From the IMG/VR virus record IMGVR_UViG_3300017978_000263, positions 1-37,355 of that record: 37,355 nucleotides of DNA; one strand, 5' to 3'. The stretch's first letter is position 1. The number at the start of each line of letters is the position of its first letter. The position numbers were made by a program, and so were the translations under genes. This stretch comes from a virus. The notes below the pieces were generated by a model. It did not search any database. It saw only the letters and a list, made by a program, of their open reading frames with translations, and was not told the DNA's origin. Shown one piece after another: positions 1 to 8,690 of this stretch.

Positions 1-58
1 CTACGACAAACTATCTGCTGTCACGGAAACACACCCATTAGACTTTCGTCGTGGACAG
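1..58. repeat. Terminal overlap copy 1 (identical to 37298-37355); circular closure of the contig
   Basis: Bases 1-58 (ctacgacaaactatctgctgtcacggaaacacacccattagactttcgtcgtggacag) recur exactly at 37298-37355. The repeat lies inside an ORF. Confidence 0.95.
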
Positions 59-142
59 CTGGATATTTTGAACTGGTTATATGGCCTGAAAGGGTCATAC
101 GAGAAGGCGTGGGATGACATCCAAGCTGAAGGAGATCAGTAA
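1..142 (+). CDS. 3' part of a wrap-around ORF (86 aa in total) that starts at 37179; hypothetical protein
   Basis: The frame entering from 37179-37355 continues through the overlap (base 1 is a third codon position) to TAA at 140-142. Joined product: MDKDLYAPRELERFYEDAFSMMSTQGWKDLMEDIERVKNNYDKLSAVTETHPLDFRRGQLDILNWLYGLKGSYEKAWDDIQAEGDQ. The stop abuts the next start at 144. Confidence 0.6.
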   Translation, partial: YDKLSAVTETHPLDFRRGQLDILNWLYGLKGSYEKAWDDIQAEGDQ

Positions 143-143
143 T

Positions 144-377
144 ATGGCTCTCCGGATGTTTGAATTCTTCTGTGCTAACTCACACCGCACTGAAGCTTTA
201 GTTGATCCAGATACTCAGCACCTACTTTGTAGGGAATGCGGAGCTGAAGCAACGAAGGTCATCAGTGCACCAACCATGAAGTTAGAAGGCTGGACAGGCT
301 CTTTCCCTTCAGCTTATGACGCATGGGATCGAAAGCGAGCTGAGAAGTTAGCAATCGAAAGAAAGCAAAACGCTTAA
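144..377 (+). CDS. Small zinc-ribbon-like protein (77 aa)
   Basis: ATG at 144 is preceded by GAAGGAGA (128-135). The track start at 114 lies inside the previous gene. FFCANSH...LLCRECG (C-x3-H / C-x2-C) resembles FmdB-type zinc ribbons (from memory, not searched). Confidence 0.6.
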   Translation: MALRMFEFFCANSHRTEALVDPDTQHLLCRECGAEATKVISAPTMKLEGWTGSFPSAYDAWDRKRAEKLAIERKQNA

Positions 378-399
378 CGGCAATTTGCGACTTAAAGCA

Positions 400-434
400 G
401 AACTCATAAGTACTTCGTTACCGAGTTCATTTTA
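400..434 (+). terminator. Weak hairpin / possible terminator after the zinc-ribbon gene
   Basis: gaactc (400-405) pairs with gagttc (423-428) across a 17-nt loop, followed by ATTTTAAATT. The stem is short and the loop long. Confidence 0.2.
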
Positions 435-488
435 AATTATCTCCTAGAACCACCTTATTTTATTAGTAGTGGCAGGAAAGAGGGCAAT

Positions 489-1262
489 ATGTTAATTGAT
501 GAAGAAGAGACGCTAGGTAAGTTTGACCAAGTAGAAGATACTGACAATACAGAGCAAGTTGTTACAGCGGAACCTCCCAAGGAACCTGAAGTCAAGATCC
601 CTGAGAAATATCAGGGTAAATCTGTAGACGACATTATCCGTATGCACCAAGAGGCTGAGAAGCTCATTGGTAAACAAGCTCAAGAAGTAGGGGAAGTACG
701 CAAACTTGCTGATGACCTTATTAAGCAGAACCTCCAATCAACAAATAAACCTGTTGTAGAAGAGCCTGAAGTGGACTTCTTTGAAGATCCTCAGAAAGCA
801 ATTCGCAATACTGTTAACAATCATCCTGATGTCATGGCAGCTAAACAAGCTGCTCAAGAGTTCAAGAAGATGCAGATTCAACAGAAGCTATCGCAAAAGC
901 ATCCAGACTTCACTGAAGTTGTTCAAGATGCAGGCTTTGCTGAGTGGGTGAAACAATCACCTATTCGTATGGGCCTTTACGCTAAAGCTGATGGTGAGTT
1001 TGACTTTGACAGTGCTGATGAATTGTTGTCTACCTATAAACAGTTAAAGACTGTTCAAACTAAGCAAGTCGCTGCCGCAGATAATATGGCGCGTCAGAAT
1101 AGTTTGAAAGCTGCAAGTGTTGACGTAGGTGGCACTGGTGAATCATCTAAGAAAGTTTACAGGCGCACCGACCTTATTCGGCTGAAGATGACTGATCCTG
1201 ATCGTTACGAAGCACTCCAACCAGAGATCATGCTTGCGTACAGTGAAGGTCGCATCAAGTAA
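489..1262 (+). CDS. Putative scaffolding protein (257 aa)
   Basis: Acidic, Lys/Glu/Gln-rich, predicted helical protein immediately upstream of the major capsid gene. RBS-like AGAGGG lies before the ATG. The call rests on position and composition. Confidence 0.55.
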   Translation: MLIDEEETLGKFDQVEDTDNTEQVVTAEPPKEPEVKIPEKYQGKSVDDIIRMHQEAEKLIGKQAQEVGEVRKLADDLIKQNLQSTNKPVVEEPEVDFFEDPQKAIRNTVNNHPDVMAAKQAAQEFKKMQIQQKLSQKHPDFTEVVQDAGFAEWVKQSPIRMGLYAKADGEFDFDSADELLSTYKQLKTVQTKQVAAADNMARQNSLKAASVDVGGTGESSKKVYRRTDLIRLKMTDPDRYEALQPEIMLAYSEGRIK

Positions 1263-1298
1263 TAATCTATATTTAATTCTATTTAAGGATACTTTAAA

Positions 1299-2231
1299 AT
1301 GGCACTCGGTACATCACACGTAACCACCACTACAGCAGCTAACTTTATTCCAGAAATCTGGAGTGATGAAATTGTTGCTGCTTATAAGAAGAACCTCGTT
1401 GCTGCGAACCTCATCAAAAAGATGTCGTTCAAAGGCAAAAAAGGTGATACAGTTCACATCCCTAGCCCAACACGTGGCTCAGCTTCTGCTAAGGCTGCTT
1501 CGACTCAAGTTACATTGATCGCTGCTACCGAAGGCGTTGTGGACATCTCGATCAACAAGCACTATGAATATAGCCGCATGATCGAAGACATCGTCGAAGC
1601 TCAAGCTCTGTCTAGCCTGCGTCAGTTCTACACTGAAGATGCTGGTTACGCATTGGCTAAGCAAGTGGACACTGACTTGATTAAGTTGGGTCGTTTGTCT
1701 CAAGGCGGTACAGGCGCTCGTTACACTGGCGCTTTCATCGGCTCTGATGGCACTACTGCTTACAACTACAGCACCGACAACCAAGCTGCTCTGACTGATG
1801 CTGCTATCCGTCGTTCTATCCAACGCTTGGATGACTCTGACGTTCCTATGGACGGTCGTTTCTTCATCGTTCCTCCAGCAAGCCGTAACACTTTGATGGG
1901 TTTGGCTCGTTTCACTGAACAAGCTTTCGTTGGCGAACAAGGTGGTTCTAACACCATCCGTAACGGCGAAATCGGTGACGTGTATGGCGTTAAAGTGTAT
2001 GTGTCTACTAACTGTGACACTGCTAACGATGCTGAAGACGGTTCAGGTACAGCTCAAGCTGCCCGTATCGCTCTGATGGGTCATAAAGACGCTTTTGTGT
2101 TGGTTGAGCAAGTTGGCATCCGTTCACAAACTCAGTACAAACAAGAATACCTCGGTACTCTGTTCACTGCTGATACATTGTACGGTGTTGGCGAGTTGCG
2201 TGACTACTCTAGCGTGGCTTTGGCTGTCTAA
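1299..2231 (+). CDS. Major capsid protein (310 aa, HK97-fold type inferred)
   Basis: It follows the scaffold gene. The N-terminus TTTAANFIPEIWSDEIV... is typical of phage major capsid proteins. It is followed by a strong intrinsic terminator, as expected for the most highly expressed late gene. Confidence 0.8.
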   Translation: MALGTSHVTTTTAANFIPEIWSDEIVAAYKKNLVAANLIKKMSFKGKKGDTVHIPSPTRGSASAKAASTQVTLIAATEGVVDISINKHYEYSRMIEDIVEAQALSSLRQFYTEDAGYALAKQVDTDLIKLGRLSQGGTGARYTGAFIGSDGTTAYNYSTDNQAALTDAAIRRSIQRLDDSDVPMDGRFFIVPPASRNTLMGLARFTEQAFVGEQGGSNTIRNGEIGDVYGVKVYVSTNCDTANDAEDGSGTAQAARIALMGHKDAFVLVEQVGIRSQTQYKQEYLGTLFTADTLYGVGELRDYSSVALAV

Positions 2232-2243
2232 TTGAGCTTTAAG

Positions 2244-2275
2244 GACTCCCTCTCACAAGGAGGGGGTCTTTGATG
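2244..2275 (+). terminator. Rho-independent terminator after the capsid gene
   Basis: gactccctc (2244-2252) pairs with gagggggtc (2260-2268) with one G-U pair, loop tcacaag, then TTTGATGTTTATTT. Confidence 0.7.
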
Positions 2276-2306
2276 TTTATTTAATTAATCAATTAGGAGA
2301 ATATAA

Positions 2307-2630
2307 ATGGCTGCTGCTACCGCTGTCTCGGTTCGTCAAGGTAATGACCAATTCCGTGGCTTGTTTGCTGACACTTGGTCAGTTTCATGTACTTTGAACG
2401 TAGGTTCATTGGCTGATGCTGCTGGTGAGACAGAAACTATTGCTGTCCCCGGTGTTGCCCTTGGTGACGTTGTGTTGGGTTTCTCGTTTGGTGTAGATAA
2501 AGCTGGTGTGGTTTGCCACGCTTACGTGTCTGCTGCTGACGTTGTGACTTTGCGCGTTCAAAACGAATCTGGTTCTACTGTTGACTTGGCTTCTACTACT
2601 GTTAAAGTGGTTGTTGCTCGTCCAGTTTAA
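2307..2630 (+). CDS. Small beta-rich virion protein (107 aa), possible capsid decoration protein
   Basis: RBS AGGAGA lies before the ATG. It sits between two terminators directly after the capsid gene. Composition is Val/Ala/Gly/Ser/Thr-rich. The function is inferred from position only. Confidence 0.55.
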   Translation: MAAATAVSVRQGNDQFRGLFADTWSVSCTLNVGSLADAAGETETIAVPGVALGDVVLGFSFGVDKAGVVCHAYVSAADVVTLRVQNESGSTVDLASTTVKVVVARPV

Positions 2631-2640
2631 TCAACTAAGG

Positions 2641-2667
2641 AGGCTTCTTAAACGAAGCTTCTTTTTT
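2641..2667 (+). terminator. Rho-independent terminator
   Basis: aggcttc (2641-2647) pairs with gaagctt (2654-2660), loop ttaaac, followed by CTTTTTT. Confidence 0.6.
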
Positions 2668-2710
2668 AAATAGCTTATCTTTGAGTTATTCAGAAAGGAA
2701 CCTTACACAT

Positions 2711-2908
2711 ATGGCAGTCACATTTCGTTATCTCCTAAACGGCAATACCGTTACTTTCACTCAACAAGTAGACATTGACTCCATGAAGGGTCACCCTGAG
2801 TACATTCAGGTGGGTGTTGACCTTGATACCCCCATTGAAACAACTAAGAAACCAACAGCGGGCCGTCCAGCTAAAAGCAAGGTGGAATTAACAGCTGAGG
2901 TGGCGTAA
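2711..2908 (+). CDS. Hypothetical protein (65 aa)
   Basis: The track ORF starts at TTG 2681. ATG 2711, preceded by AAAGGAA, is the more likely start (MAVTFRYLLNGNTV...). The stop overlaps the next ATG (TAATG). Confidence 0.55.
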   Translation: MAVTFRYLLNGNTVTFTQQVDIDSMKGHPEYIQVGVDLDTPIETTKKPTAGRPAKSKVELTAEVA

Positions 2909-3111
2909 TGGATGAGGTTTCAGCGCGTGAGTTTGGTAAGTTAGAGGCACAGGTAGAGTCCTTACAGGGCGAAGTGTCAGACTTACGTAAGGATGTTAAG
3001 TGCCTTCTAGAGCTTGCTAACAAGTCTAAAGGTGGTTTCTGGATGGGTATGACTATTGCCTCCTTAGTTGGTGGCGGTATTACATTCTTCATTGATAGAG
3101 TATTTAAATAA
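2908..3111 (+). CDS. Small coiled-coil protein with C-terminal transmembrane segment (67 aa)
   Basis: The N-terminal heptad-like stretch EFGKLEAQVESLQGEVSDLRKDVKCLLEL is followed by the hydrophobic GFWMGMTIASLVGGGITFFI. Confidence 0.6.
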   Translation: MDEVSAREFGKLEAQVESLQGEVSDLRKDVKCLLELANKSKGGFWMGMTIASLVGGGITFFIDRVFK

Positions 3112-3123
3112 GAGGTAACGCAG

Positions 3124-3312
3124 ATGGCTACTAAGAAACAGAATGCTAAGGTCGGTAAGGTTATGAAAGAGTACAAAGAAGGTACTTTGCATAGCGGTAA
3201 AGGTGGTCCTGTCGTTAAGTCTCGTGACCAAGCAGTTGCTATTGCTATGTCTGAAGCTAAGATGCCCCAACGTGGTGCACGTACAGCTAAGAACAAGGCT
3301 AAGAAGAAGTAA
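3124..3312 (+). CDS. Small basic protein (62 aa), DUF6496-like
   Basis: KEYKEGTLHSGKGGPVVKSRDQAVAIAMSEA matches my recollection of the DUF6496 pattern (K-E-x-K-x-G-T-L-x-S-G ... S-R-x-Q-A-x-A-I-A-x-S-E-A). The tail is Lys-rich. Confidence 0.55.
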   Translation: MATKKQNAKVGKVMKEYKEGTLHSGKGGPVVKSRDQAVAIAMSEAKMPQRGARTAKNKAKKK

Positions 3313-3653
3313 TGGGTCGTTTAATCTCTGTAGGTAAGAACCTAGTAGCCAATACGGAGACAGTTGTTTACACTGTTCCAGCAGGGTATTACGCTATTTG
3401 GAACCTAATGTACGCTCACAATGCTACAGGAACTAATAAGTACCTCACAGCAGATTGGTACGATGTAAGCTCTGGTGTTCATGTAAATATATTAGATGAG
3501 TATAACTTTACCTCTAAGACCTATTTTCAGTTCTCAGGTAACGGATCAGGTGTAGTTATGGAAGCTGGCGATCAAGTACACATGACTTCAGAGGCAGGCT
3601 CAACTTTTGGTGTGATCTGTACATTCGAGCTGTTTAAGAAAGATGGTGTTTAA
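3312..3653 (+). CDS. Hypothetical virion-module protein (113 aa)
   Basis: TAATG coupling to the upstream gene. It lies in the structural block. I recognised no motif. Confidence 0.6.
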   Translation: MGRLISVGKNLVANTETVVYTVPAGYYAIWNLMYAHNATGTNKYLTADWYDVSSGVHVNILDEYNFTSKTYFQFSGNGSGVVMEAGDQVHMTSEAGSTFGVICTFELFKKDGV

Positions 3654-3655
3654 TA

Positions 3656-4306
3656 ATGGCTACATATTTAGATTTAGTTAACGATGTGCTTATCAGGTTA
3701 CGTGAGCCTGAAGTGGCTAACGTGTCAGATACTACTTATTCCAAGTTGATCGGTAAGTTTGTCAATGATGCTAAGCGTCAAGTTGAGAATGCTTACGATT
3801 GGAATGACATCTCTGAGACATTCACTATCACTACCTCAGCTAGTACGTATCAATACCCACTGACATCAGTCAATAGTCGTTACAAGATCCTCCAAGTGAT
3901 CGACAACACTAAGAACATTGAGTTGACCCCTTGTACTGTAGGTTGGTTTAATCGTCAGATCACTCAAGATAACCCTACTAACAACGACCCTTATATGTAC
4001 GTTGTTGATGGTGTTAATGCTTCACGTAAGCCTTATCTGAACTTCTGGCCTATCCCATCAGGTACAAACAGTATCAATGTGTACTTGGTTAACCCTCAGA
4101 GCGACCTGACAGCTGATACTGATGTTCTTTACGTTCCTTCTGACCCTGTTGTCTTAGGTGCGTTTGCTCGTGCCTTGGTTGAACGAGGTGAAGACGGTGG
4201 TTTAAATAGCTCAGAAGCTTACGGCTTGTATAAGTCCTCCTTGTCAGATCAGATTGCCTTGGAGTCTTCACGTAACGTAGACGGTGCTAACTGGAGTCCA
4301 GTGTAA
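3656..4306 (+). CDS. Putative head-tail adaptor / tail tubular protein A (T7 gp11-like, 216 aa)
   Basis: The N-terminus YLDLVNDVLIRLREPEVANVSD...AKRQVENAYDWN parallels the T7 gp11 N-terminus ([20 protein letters not shown]...NRQIQSRGWTFN) as I recall it. Size and position also fit. Confidence 0.5.
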   Translation: MATYLDLVNDVLIRLREPEVANVSDTTYSKLIGKFVNDAKRQVENAYDWNDISETFTITTSASTYQYPLTSVNSRYKILQVIDNTKNIELTPCTVGWFNRQITQDNPTNNDPYMYVVDGVNASRKPYLNFWPIPSGTNSINVYLVNPQSDLTADTDVLYVPSDPVVLGAFARALVERGEDGGLNSSEAYGLYKSSLSDQIALESSRNVDGANWSPV

Positions 4307-5838
4307 TGGGTCAGCAGACACAAGCGTTTGCCATAGCTGCTCCGGGCTTCTACGGCCTGAATAAGCAGGATAGTAGCCTTGACTTGTCTACTAACTACGC
4401 TCTCACAGCAACCAATGCAGTTATCGACAAGTTCGGTCGTATTGGTGCTCGTAAGGGCTGGGTAAAAGTTAACTCCTCAGCTGTAACAGGTGATGTTAAG
4501 ACCATTGGGGAATTGATCTCCAATAGCGGTGCTTCTTACATCCTCTGTGCAGCAGGGGCTAAGTTATTCAAATTAGATGGTAGCTCACTGACTGAGCTGA
4601 CCTACGGTGGTGGCGGTACAGCCCCAACGATTACAGATGCTAACTGGCAGATTGCAACGCTGAACGGTATTGCTTATTTTTATCAGCGTGGTTATGATCC
4701 TTTAATATTCGATCCTGCCGTTAGCTCTACTACATTCCGACGAGTCTCTGAGAAGTCAGGTGCTCTAGGTACACCTCAACAAGGTAACTGTGTTATCAGT
4801 GCTTACGGTCGTGTATGGAGTGCTGATACATCTACCGATAAGAACACTGTAGCCTTCAGTGACCTTCAATCCGGTCATGTCTGGACTACAGGTACTTCAG
4901 GTACTTTGGATGTCTCAGAAGTATGGCCTGCTGGTGCTGATGAGATCACAGCTTTAGGGGCTTTCAACAACTTCCTTATCATCTTTGGTCGTCGTCAGAT
5001 CCTTATTTACTCAGGTGCTTCTGACCCTACAGCAATGACGTTGAATGACGCTATTGTGGGATATGGTTGTATTGCTCGTGACTCAGTAGCTAATACAGGT
5101 ACTGACTTACTGTTCTTGTCTGATAGCGGTGTACGTTCTCTGCTTCGTACTATCCAAGAGAAGTCTAACCCATTACGTGACGCATCTAAGAATGTACGTG
5201 ATGATTTGATGACGTATCTCAATAGTGAGACAGTTGCTAATATTAAGGCTGTGTACTCAGGCATTGAAGCTTTCTATCTCTTGAACCTTCCTTTTGCCGG
5301 TGTAACTTATTGCTTTGATACCCGCCAAGCTCTTCAAGATGGATCAGCTCGTGTAACTCTGTGGAACAATATCAGCCCTACAGCTATGTTCGCAGCTAAG
5401 AACCGTACCTTGTACTTGGGTAAGACAGGTTATTTGGCTACATACTCTGGGTATAACGACAATACTTCTACTTACCGTTTTGAGTACTACACAACGTATG
5501 TCGACTTAGGAAGTCCTACAATTACGTCTATCTTGAAGCGTATTCAAGTTACCTGTATTGGCGGCTCAGGTTTAGACTTGGTAATGAAGTGGGATTTTGA
5601 TTATCTCGCTGCTTATCGCTCAGAGACTAGAACAATTCAAGACCAAAGTATCGCTGAGTTTGGTGTCGGTGAGTATGGGTTATCTCAGTATTCCTCTGGC
5701 ATTGTCTTGGATATTCTCACCGCTCAGGCTTCAGGCGCTGGTAAAGTAGTTCAACTAGGCTTTGAAGCTGAAATAAATGGTACACAATTATCAATACAAA
5801 AGGTTGACATTTTAGCAAAACAAGGTAAAATTGTTTAA
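4306..5838 (+). CDS. Putative tail nozzle / tail tubular protein B analogue (510 aa)
   Basis: TAATG-coupled to the adaptor candidate. It is a large beta-rich protein. The call rests on gene order only. Confidence 0.4.
   Translation: MGQQTQAFAIAAPGFYGLNKQDSSLDLSTNYALTATNAVIDKFGRIGARKGWVKVNSSAVTGDVKTIGELISNSGASYILCAAGAKLFKLDGSSLTELTYGGGGTAPTITDANWQIATLNGIAYFYQRGYDPLIFDPAVSSTTFRRVSEKSGALGTPQQGNCVISAYGRVWSADTSTDKNTVAFSDLQSGHVWTTGTSGTLDVSEVWPAGADEITALGAFNNFLIIFGRRQILIYSGASDPTAMTLNDAIVGYGCIARDSVANTGTDLLFLSDSGVRSLLRTIQEKSNPLRDASKNVRDDLMTYLNSETVANIKAVYSGIEAFYLLNLPFAGVTYCFDTRQALQDGSARVTLWNNISPTAMFAAKNRTLYLGKTGYLATYSGYNDNTSTYRFEYYTTYVDLGSPTITSILKRIQVTCIGGSGLDLVMKWDFDYLAAYRSETRTIQDQSIAEFGVGEYGLSQYSSGIVLDILTAQASGAGKVVQLGFEAEINGTQLSIQKVDILAKQGKIV
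5804..5831 (+). promoter_or_regulatory. Candidate internal sigma70-type promoter upstream of the tail-fibre gene
   Basis: TTGACA (5804-5809), 16-nt spacer, TAAAAT (5826-5831), inside the 3' end of the preceding ORF. Confidence 0.3.
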
Positions 5839-5854
5839 TAGGAAATAATGAAAT

Positions 5855-6589
5855 ATGAGTAACTACACTAAAAGTACAGACTTCGCTAGTAAGGATACCC
5901 TCCCTTCTGGTGACTCAGCTAAGATTGTACGAGGCACTGAGATTGACGCTGAGTTTGAGGCTTTAGAGACAGCTGTTAACTCCAAGTATGACTCTGCTTC
6001 CACTATCGCTGTAGCTAACGGTGGTACAGGTGCTACTACAGCCGCTGGTGCTCGTACTAACCTTGGTTTAGGGACTGCTGCTACTGGTAATATCGGTACT
6101 GACGTACAAGCCTACGATGCTGATTTAGACAGTTGGGCAGGGAAAACAGCCCCTAGCGGGACGGTTGTGGGTACTACAGACACGCAAACATTGTCAAATA
6201 AGACAATTAGTGGTGATCTCAATATGACAAGCGGCTCAAAATATAAAGTATCAGGTGTGACCACCAATGCTTTGGCTTGGGTGAACTTTAACGGCACTGG
6301 TACAGTGGCTATCCGCTCAAGCTACAACGTATCAAGCATTACGGATAACGGAACTGGTGACTATACGGTTAACTTTACGACTGCGCTTGCTGATGCTAAT
6401 TACGCAATGGCTGGTTCAATAAGAAATACTCAAACATACGCACAGATTCAAGTTGGAGCCCCTGTAATTGCTCAATCAACTGCGCCCACAACAACAGCGT
6501 TAAGGGTGACAACTCCAACAATCGGAGATGGTAATACTCGAGCAAATATAGACTCTGACTATGTTTCGGTCACAATCTTTGGCAACTAA
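5855..6589 (+). CDS. Tail fibre protein (244 aa)
   Basis: The N-terminal segment ...IAVANGGTGATTAAGARTNLGLG... is a motif I recognise from many phage tail fibre N-terminal domains. The C-terminal part is Thr/Gly/Asn/Ser-rich. Confidence 0.6.
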   Translation: MSNYTKSTDFASKDTLPSGDSAKIVRGTEIDAEFEALETAVNSKYDSASTIAVANGGTGATTAAGARTNLGLGTAATGNIGTDVQAYDADLDSWAGKTAPSGTVVGTTDTQTLSNKTISGDLNMTSGSKYKVSGVTTNALAWVNFNGTGTVAIRSSYNVSSITDNGTGDYTVNFTTALADANYAMAGSIRNTQTYAQIQVGAPVIAQSTAPTTTALRVTTPTIGDGNTRANIDSDYVSVTIFGN

Positions 6590-6601
6590 AAAGAAATAAT
6601 C

Positions 6602-7012
6602 ATGGCACAAGTAATCATCTTCTCAAACAGCAACGGCGGCGTGAGCGTCTGCATCCCTACTGGCGAGATGCCAATTGAGGCTGTCAAAGCCAAGGACACC
6701 CCATCCACTTCAATCATCGTTCAAGATTCCGAGCTGCCACAAGCAGACAACGACTTCTTCAACGCATGGGAGCTGGCTGATGGCGTGGTCACGGTCAATC
6801 TTGACAAGGCCAAGGAAATCACTAAAGCCCGTCTACGTGCTGAACGTGAGCCTTTGTTGGCTGCACAGGATGTCTTGTTCCAACGCGCTCAAGAATCTAA
6901 CGCCGATACAACTACTATTATAGCTGAAAAAACCCGCTTACGCGACATTACTAATTTAGTGAATACTTGTGTATCCACTGACGAGTTACGTAATTTAAAA
7001 GCTTCTCTTTAA
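6602..7012 (+). CDS. Hypothetical protein (136 aa), possibly fibre-associated
   Basis: It lies directly after the fibre gene. The C-terminal helical part (KAKEITKARLRAEREPLL...) faintly resembles DUF4376-type fibre-assembly domains (weak recollection). Confidence 0.5.
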   Translation: MAQVIIFSNSNGGVSVCIPTGEMPIEAVKAKDTPSTSIIVQDSELPQADNDFFNAWELADGVVTVNLDKAKEITKARLRAEREPLLAAQDVLFQRAQESNADTTTIIAEKTRLRDITNLVNTCVSTDELRNLKASL

Positions 7013-7312
7013 ATGAAAACTCCTGTAGTATTACGTACTAATTACGTTATGTATTTAGAACTATGGGATAATCATCTTTGGTTCCACACCGATATTTATA
7101 AGTGGACCTCAGACGTAAAGAGACAGTATAAGCTAGACCTAGAGAAACTAGAGTCCTTAGTTAGTGTCCCTCTCATAGCTTTAATATCTGAGGATAACTT
7201 AAAGTTAAAGAAGTTCGCTGAGAGTTTTAATTGGAAAGAAGTAAAACAGATTATGTTAAACAACGGTACACAGGCTTTTATCTACGCTTCTCAGCGTAAC
7301 CAAGGAGAATAA
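7013..7312 (+). CDS. Hypothetical protein (99 aa) encoded by an AT-rich insert
   Basis: The ATG abuts the upstream stop (TAAATG). G+C is about 36% by hand count over 7021-7310, against about 48% just downstream. Confidence 0.55.
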   Translation: MKTPVVLRTNYVMYLELWDNHLWFHTDIYKWTSDVKRQYKLDLEKLESLVSVPLIALISEDNLKLKKFAESFNWKEVKQIMLNNGTQAFIYASQRNQGE

Positions 7313-7313
7313 T

Positions 7314-8690
7314 ATGGGCGGCGCAGTAAGTGGTTTGATTAGCAGTGTTGGGAACTTAGGTCAAGGGGCTATTGATGCTGTAGGTGATCTCGGTGCTGGC
7401 ATTGATAGAACAGTTCGTGACACTCTTCCCGGTGGTTGGACCACAGCTGCTTTGATCGCTGCTGGAGCTTACTACGCTCCTGAGATTGGGGCTTGGGTTA
7501 ATTCAGCAGGGGCTCCAGTGGCTACTACCTCAGAGGTGGTTGCTGCTGACTCAGCTGCTGGTGTAGTAGGTTCCACAGGCACAGGCATGACAGCTAGTGG
7601 AGGTGGCTTAGGACTCACAGCTGGTAATACCGCTAACTTAGGTGCAATGGGTGGAGCACAAGGCGTTACAGGTCTTAGTACAGCAGGTACAACTATAGGT
7701 TCTACAGGTGGAGCTTTATCCGCTGGTGGATTAGGAGCAGGGTTAGGTCTTTCTTCAGCCGCAACAGGCGCTGGAGCATACGGAACAGGAGCTGGAATGG
7801 CGGGTTTGACATCATCTCAATTAGGTAACCTTGGTTTGATCCAAGGAGGCTTAGGCTTAGCAGGTGGATTACTTCAAGGTAGTCAAACACAAGATGCTCT
7901 GAACAACTTATCAGGTCAGCAGGCTTCTCTAGCTAATCAGACTCTGAACATGGGTAAGTTCACCCCTGTGGGGACTACTACTCGTTTCGGTACTTCTAGC
8001 TTCACCGTTGATCCTGTTACTGGTGGACTCAAGGCTAACTATTCTCTGTCCCCTGAAGCACAGGCTTATCAGACAGGTCTAAGTGGTTTAGGTACACAAG
8101 GTCTTCAAGCTGGTCAATCACTGATGAACCTCGGTCAGAGCTACATTGGAGAGTCTGCTGATGCTGTACGTCAGCGTTACATGGACCAACAGAATGCTTT
8201 GGTGGCTGGCTCTAACGAGCAAACCTTAGCTGGTATCCGTAATAACTTGTTCCAGACAGGTCGTGGTGGGTTGGCTACAGGAGCTACTACAGCTGGTGGC
8301 ATGGCTGCTACTAACCCTGAGATGGCTGCTTACTATAACTCACTGGCTAATCAACAACGTCAGATCGCAGCAGGTGCAGACACAGCAGCTCAGAACCAAG
8401 TTACCTTTGGTCAAGGTTTACTTAACTCTGCTAGTTCTCCATTCAGCAATGTCTTCAATACTCAGAAGTCTGTTGAAGCTGCTGGACAACAACCTCTTGA
8501 GTTGTCTACTAATCTCGCTAATACTGTATCTACTCGTGGTGCTGCTGTTGGGGCTAATTATGCCGCAGCTATGAATCCTAGTCTGACAAGCCAGTATAAT
8601 GCAGCTAACTATAATCCACTTGCTACAGGGCTTCAAGGAGCTGCTTCTAATCCTTTAGTGGGTTATGGCTTGATGCAGGCTTGGGGTTAA
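7314..8690 (+). CDS. Gly/Ala/Thr/Ser-rich low-complexity virion protein (458 aa), internal/ejection protein candidate
   Basis: Long runs such as GGLGLTAGNTANLGAMGGAQGVTGLSTAGTTIGSTGGALSAGGLGAGLGL. It lies between the tail genes and the large internal-protein candidates, as T7 gp13-16 do. Confidence 0.55.
   Translation: MGGAVSGLISSVGNLGQGAIDAVGDLGAGIDRTVRDTLPGGWTTAALIAAGAYYAPEIGAWVNSAGAPVATTSEVVAADSAAGVVGSTGTGMTASGGGLGLTAGNTANLGAMGGAQGVTGLSTAGTTIGSTGGALSAGGLGAGLGLSSAATGAGAYGTGAGMAGLTSSQLGNLGLIQGGLGLAGGLLQGSQTQDALNNLSGQQASLANQTLNMGKFTPVGTTTRFGTSSFTVDPVTGGLKANYSLSPEAQAYQTGLSGLGTQGLQAGQSLMNLGQSYIGESADAVRQRYMDQQNALVAGSNEQTLAGIRNNLFQTGRGGLATGATTAGGMAATNPEMAAYYNSLANQQRQIAAGADTAAQNQVTFGQGLLNSASSPFSNVFNTQKSVEAAGQQPLELSTNLANTVSTRGAAVGANYAAAMNPSLTSQYNAANYNPLATGLQGAASNPLVGYGLMQAWG

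Noticed and set aside
1-58. The 58-bp repeat as a genuine T7-style direct terminal repeat
   Set aside because: It lies in the middle of an ORF that is intact only when the ends are joined. It also lies far from the non-coding hub where physical ends would be expected. An assembly overlap of a circular or permuted genome is more parsimonious.
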